From Rhina ancylostomus (taxonomy: Eukaryota), in the NCBI GenBank assembly GCA_030265395.1, contig JARFYF010000055.1, positions 28,204,226 through 28,268,225 of the forward strand: a DNA stretch of 64,000 bases, written 5' to 3'. Positions within the stretch are counted from its first letter, which is position 1. The number at the start of each line of letters is the position of its first letter. A program made the translations under genes and the position numbers. Positions 62,715-64,000 of the stretch are shown in pieces. The notes beneath the pieces were generated by a model. The model ran no database searches. It was not told where the DNA came from and was given only the letters and a program-made list of their open reading frames with translations.

Positions 62715-63065
62715 TGGAAGGATCTGATAGAGGTACTTAAAACCATGAAGGCAGTGGACAGAGCAAATAGAGAGAAACAACCCTGTTGCCGAGTGGTCAA
62801 GATCTAAGAGACAGAGAGTGAAAGCAAAAGAATCAAAAGTTGAAATAAGGATGTTGTTTTCCGTGGGAAGTAATTAGGACCTGAAATGTATGGGCAGGGG
62901 TTGAAATGGGGGCGAATTCAACCGTAGCGTTCAAAGGGTGCTGTTTAAATATCTAATAGAAGATAATTTGCAGAACCATGGGGAAGGTGCAGGGGAGTAA
63001 AATTCACAAGACTGCATTCACTTAGAGCAGGAGGGACTGGGCAGACCAAATGGTTGCTGTAACCA
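62715..63065 (+). mobile_element. Old CR1 3' fragment
   Basis: gatctgatagaggtacttaaaaccatgaagg (DLIEVLKTMK). Confidence 0.55.
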
Positions 63066-64000
63066 TTGGAAGATTTTTCTGATTCTGTTTTACTTTAAAT
63101 TATCCCCTTCAAATACCGGACACTAGATGTAACCGAGGCAGATATTGTTTCTTATTTTTTCCAAAACGTATATTAAATCTCAAAAGATGCCTTGATACAT
63201 TGTGGCAAATATTTGTACTGTTTTGACAAAGGCAGTGGCGTGAAATAATTTGGAAAAAGGAAGGAGTTATTTGCACTTTAGTTACAAATATCGAATGCCT
63301 AGTGCAAAGTGAGGCCGACACCGCCAGCTGCAGTTTTTTTTGGCAACTTTAAAGGACTGTTTTAGACAGCAAGGCTATTGTTAATCATTAGCATAATAAT
63401 TGCTCTGCTTTTGAATTCGAACGCTTTACTGATTGAGTTTGCACTTGGCTCCGCAAAGGTTAAAGGCAGATAAAAGCTATTTCGCTGTGGCGGTGAAAGG
63501 ACGATTTCTTTGCAGCAATGCGGGTGAGTTTGGAGCTTGAGGTATTACCATAAGAAAAGAACCGCACCGTTAGCGTTAAGGGATCAATGTTTACAGATGT
63601 CGACTGCAGTTCCCAGAGAATTTATATCAACCCGACCACGTGAGGACATTGTGTGTCCTGGCGGTAGAGGGACTGACGATGGGTTTACTCTACTGCTCAT
63701 TGAAGTACAAACTCGAGGTATATAGGGGGCTCAATAGCGATGCAACACTGCGCCAATCATCGGTATTTGAAGAGGATTATTTAAAGTTTGGGTCATCATC
63801 CCTTGCTTTGAACCAGAAACGGAAGGAGAGCAGGTTTTGTTTTAAACAGTTCCCCCAAAATAGAGCATGTAACGAAAAGTGCAACAAAAAAGAAAATGAG
63901 AATCTGCGCTTTGTTCCTGAATGTGAAACATCAAGTTGCGCGGAAAGTGACAGAATCACCTCTTACACCAAACGGGTGTTGACATCCCTTGTTGGCCACT

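Larger units (their letters stand above)
45315..64000 (+). other. GRIK3: GRIK3 intron 1 (continues beyond the window)
   Basis: GT donor at 45315; no sequence encoding the expected exon 2 peptide (GIFE...AEEHAFRF) seen downstream; vertebrate GRIK first introns are typically very long. Confidence 0.7.

Noticed and set aside
45315-64000. GRIK3 exon 2 or any other host exon
   Set aside because: No matching peptide seen; recognisable ORFs here are Rex1, CR1 or RTE fragments

Overview
Eukaryotic vertebrate genomic DNA with many 10-N and 100-N scaffold gaps. The repeat content (CR1, Rex1/Babar, RTE, Penelope-like elements, V-SINEs, Deu-domain SINEs, Harbinger remnant) points to a cartilaginous fish, probably a ray or sawfish relative (inference). 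Positions 1 to about 42000 are a CpG-poor, transposon-dense intergenic region. From about 42 to 55 kb there is a CpG-retaining domain. It contains a GC-box/CCAAT promoter region and the only host coding exon I can support: the first coding exon of a kainate-type glutamate receptor, GRIK3/GluK3 (45230-45314, + strand, MILEYRTGLIFYLFWIRYSHGMPHVIRI-G|gtaagg). That exon is too short for the ORF track, which reads the region in another frame. Everything downstream appears to be intron 1, since I found no exon 2. Points worth a second look: a family of Penelope-derived fold-back termini carrying minimal hammerhead-ribozyme-like motifs, several dsRNA-forming structures in GRIK3 intron 1, upstream ORFs, a Gypsy-like solo-LTR family with an intact 5-bp TSD, and some local duplications and palindromes. 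All repeat family names come from recognising motifs by eye, not from database searches, and boundaries are approximate. I cannot establish that any of this is a previously undescribed system.
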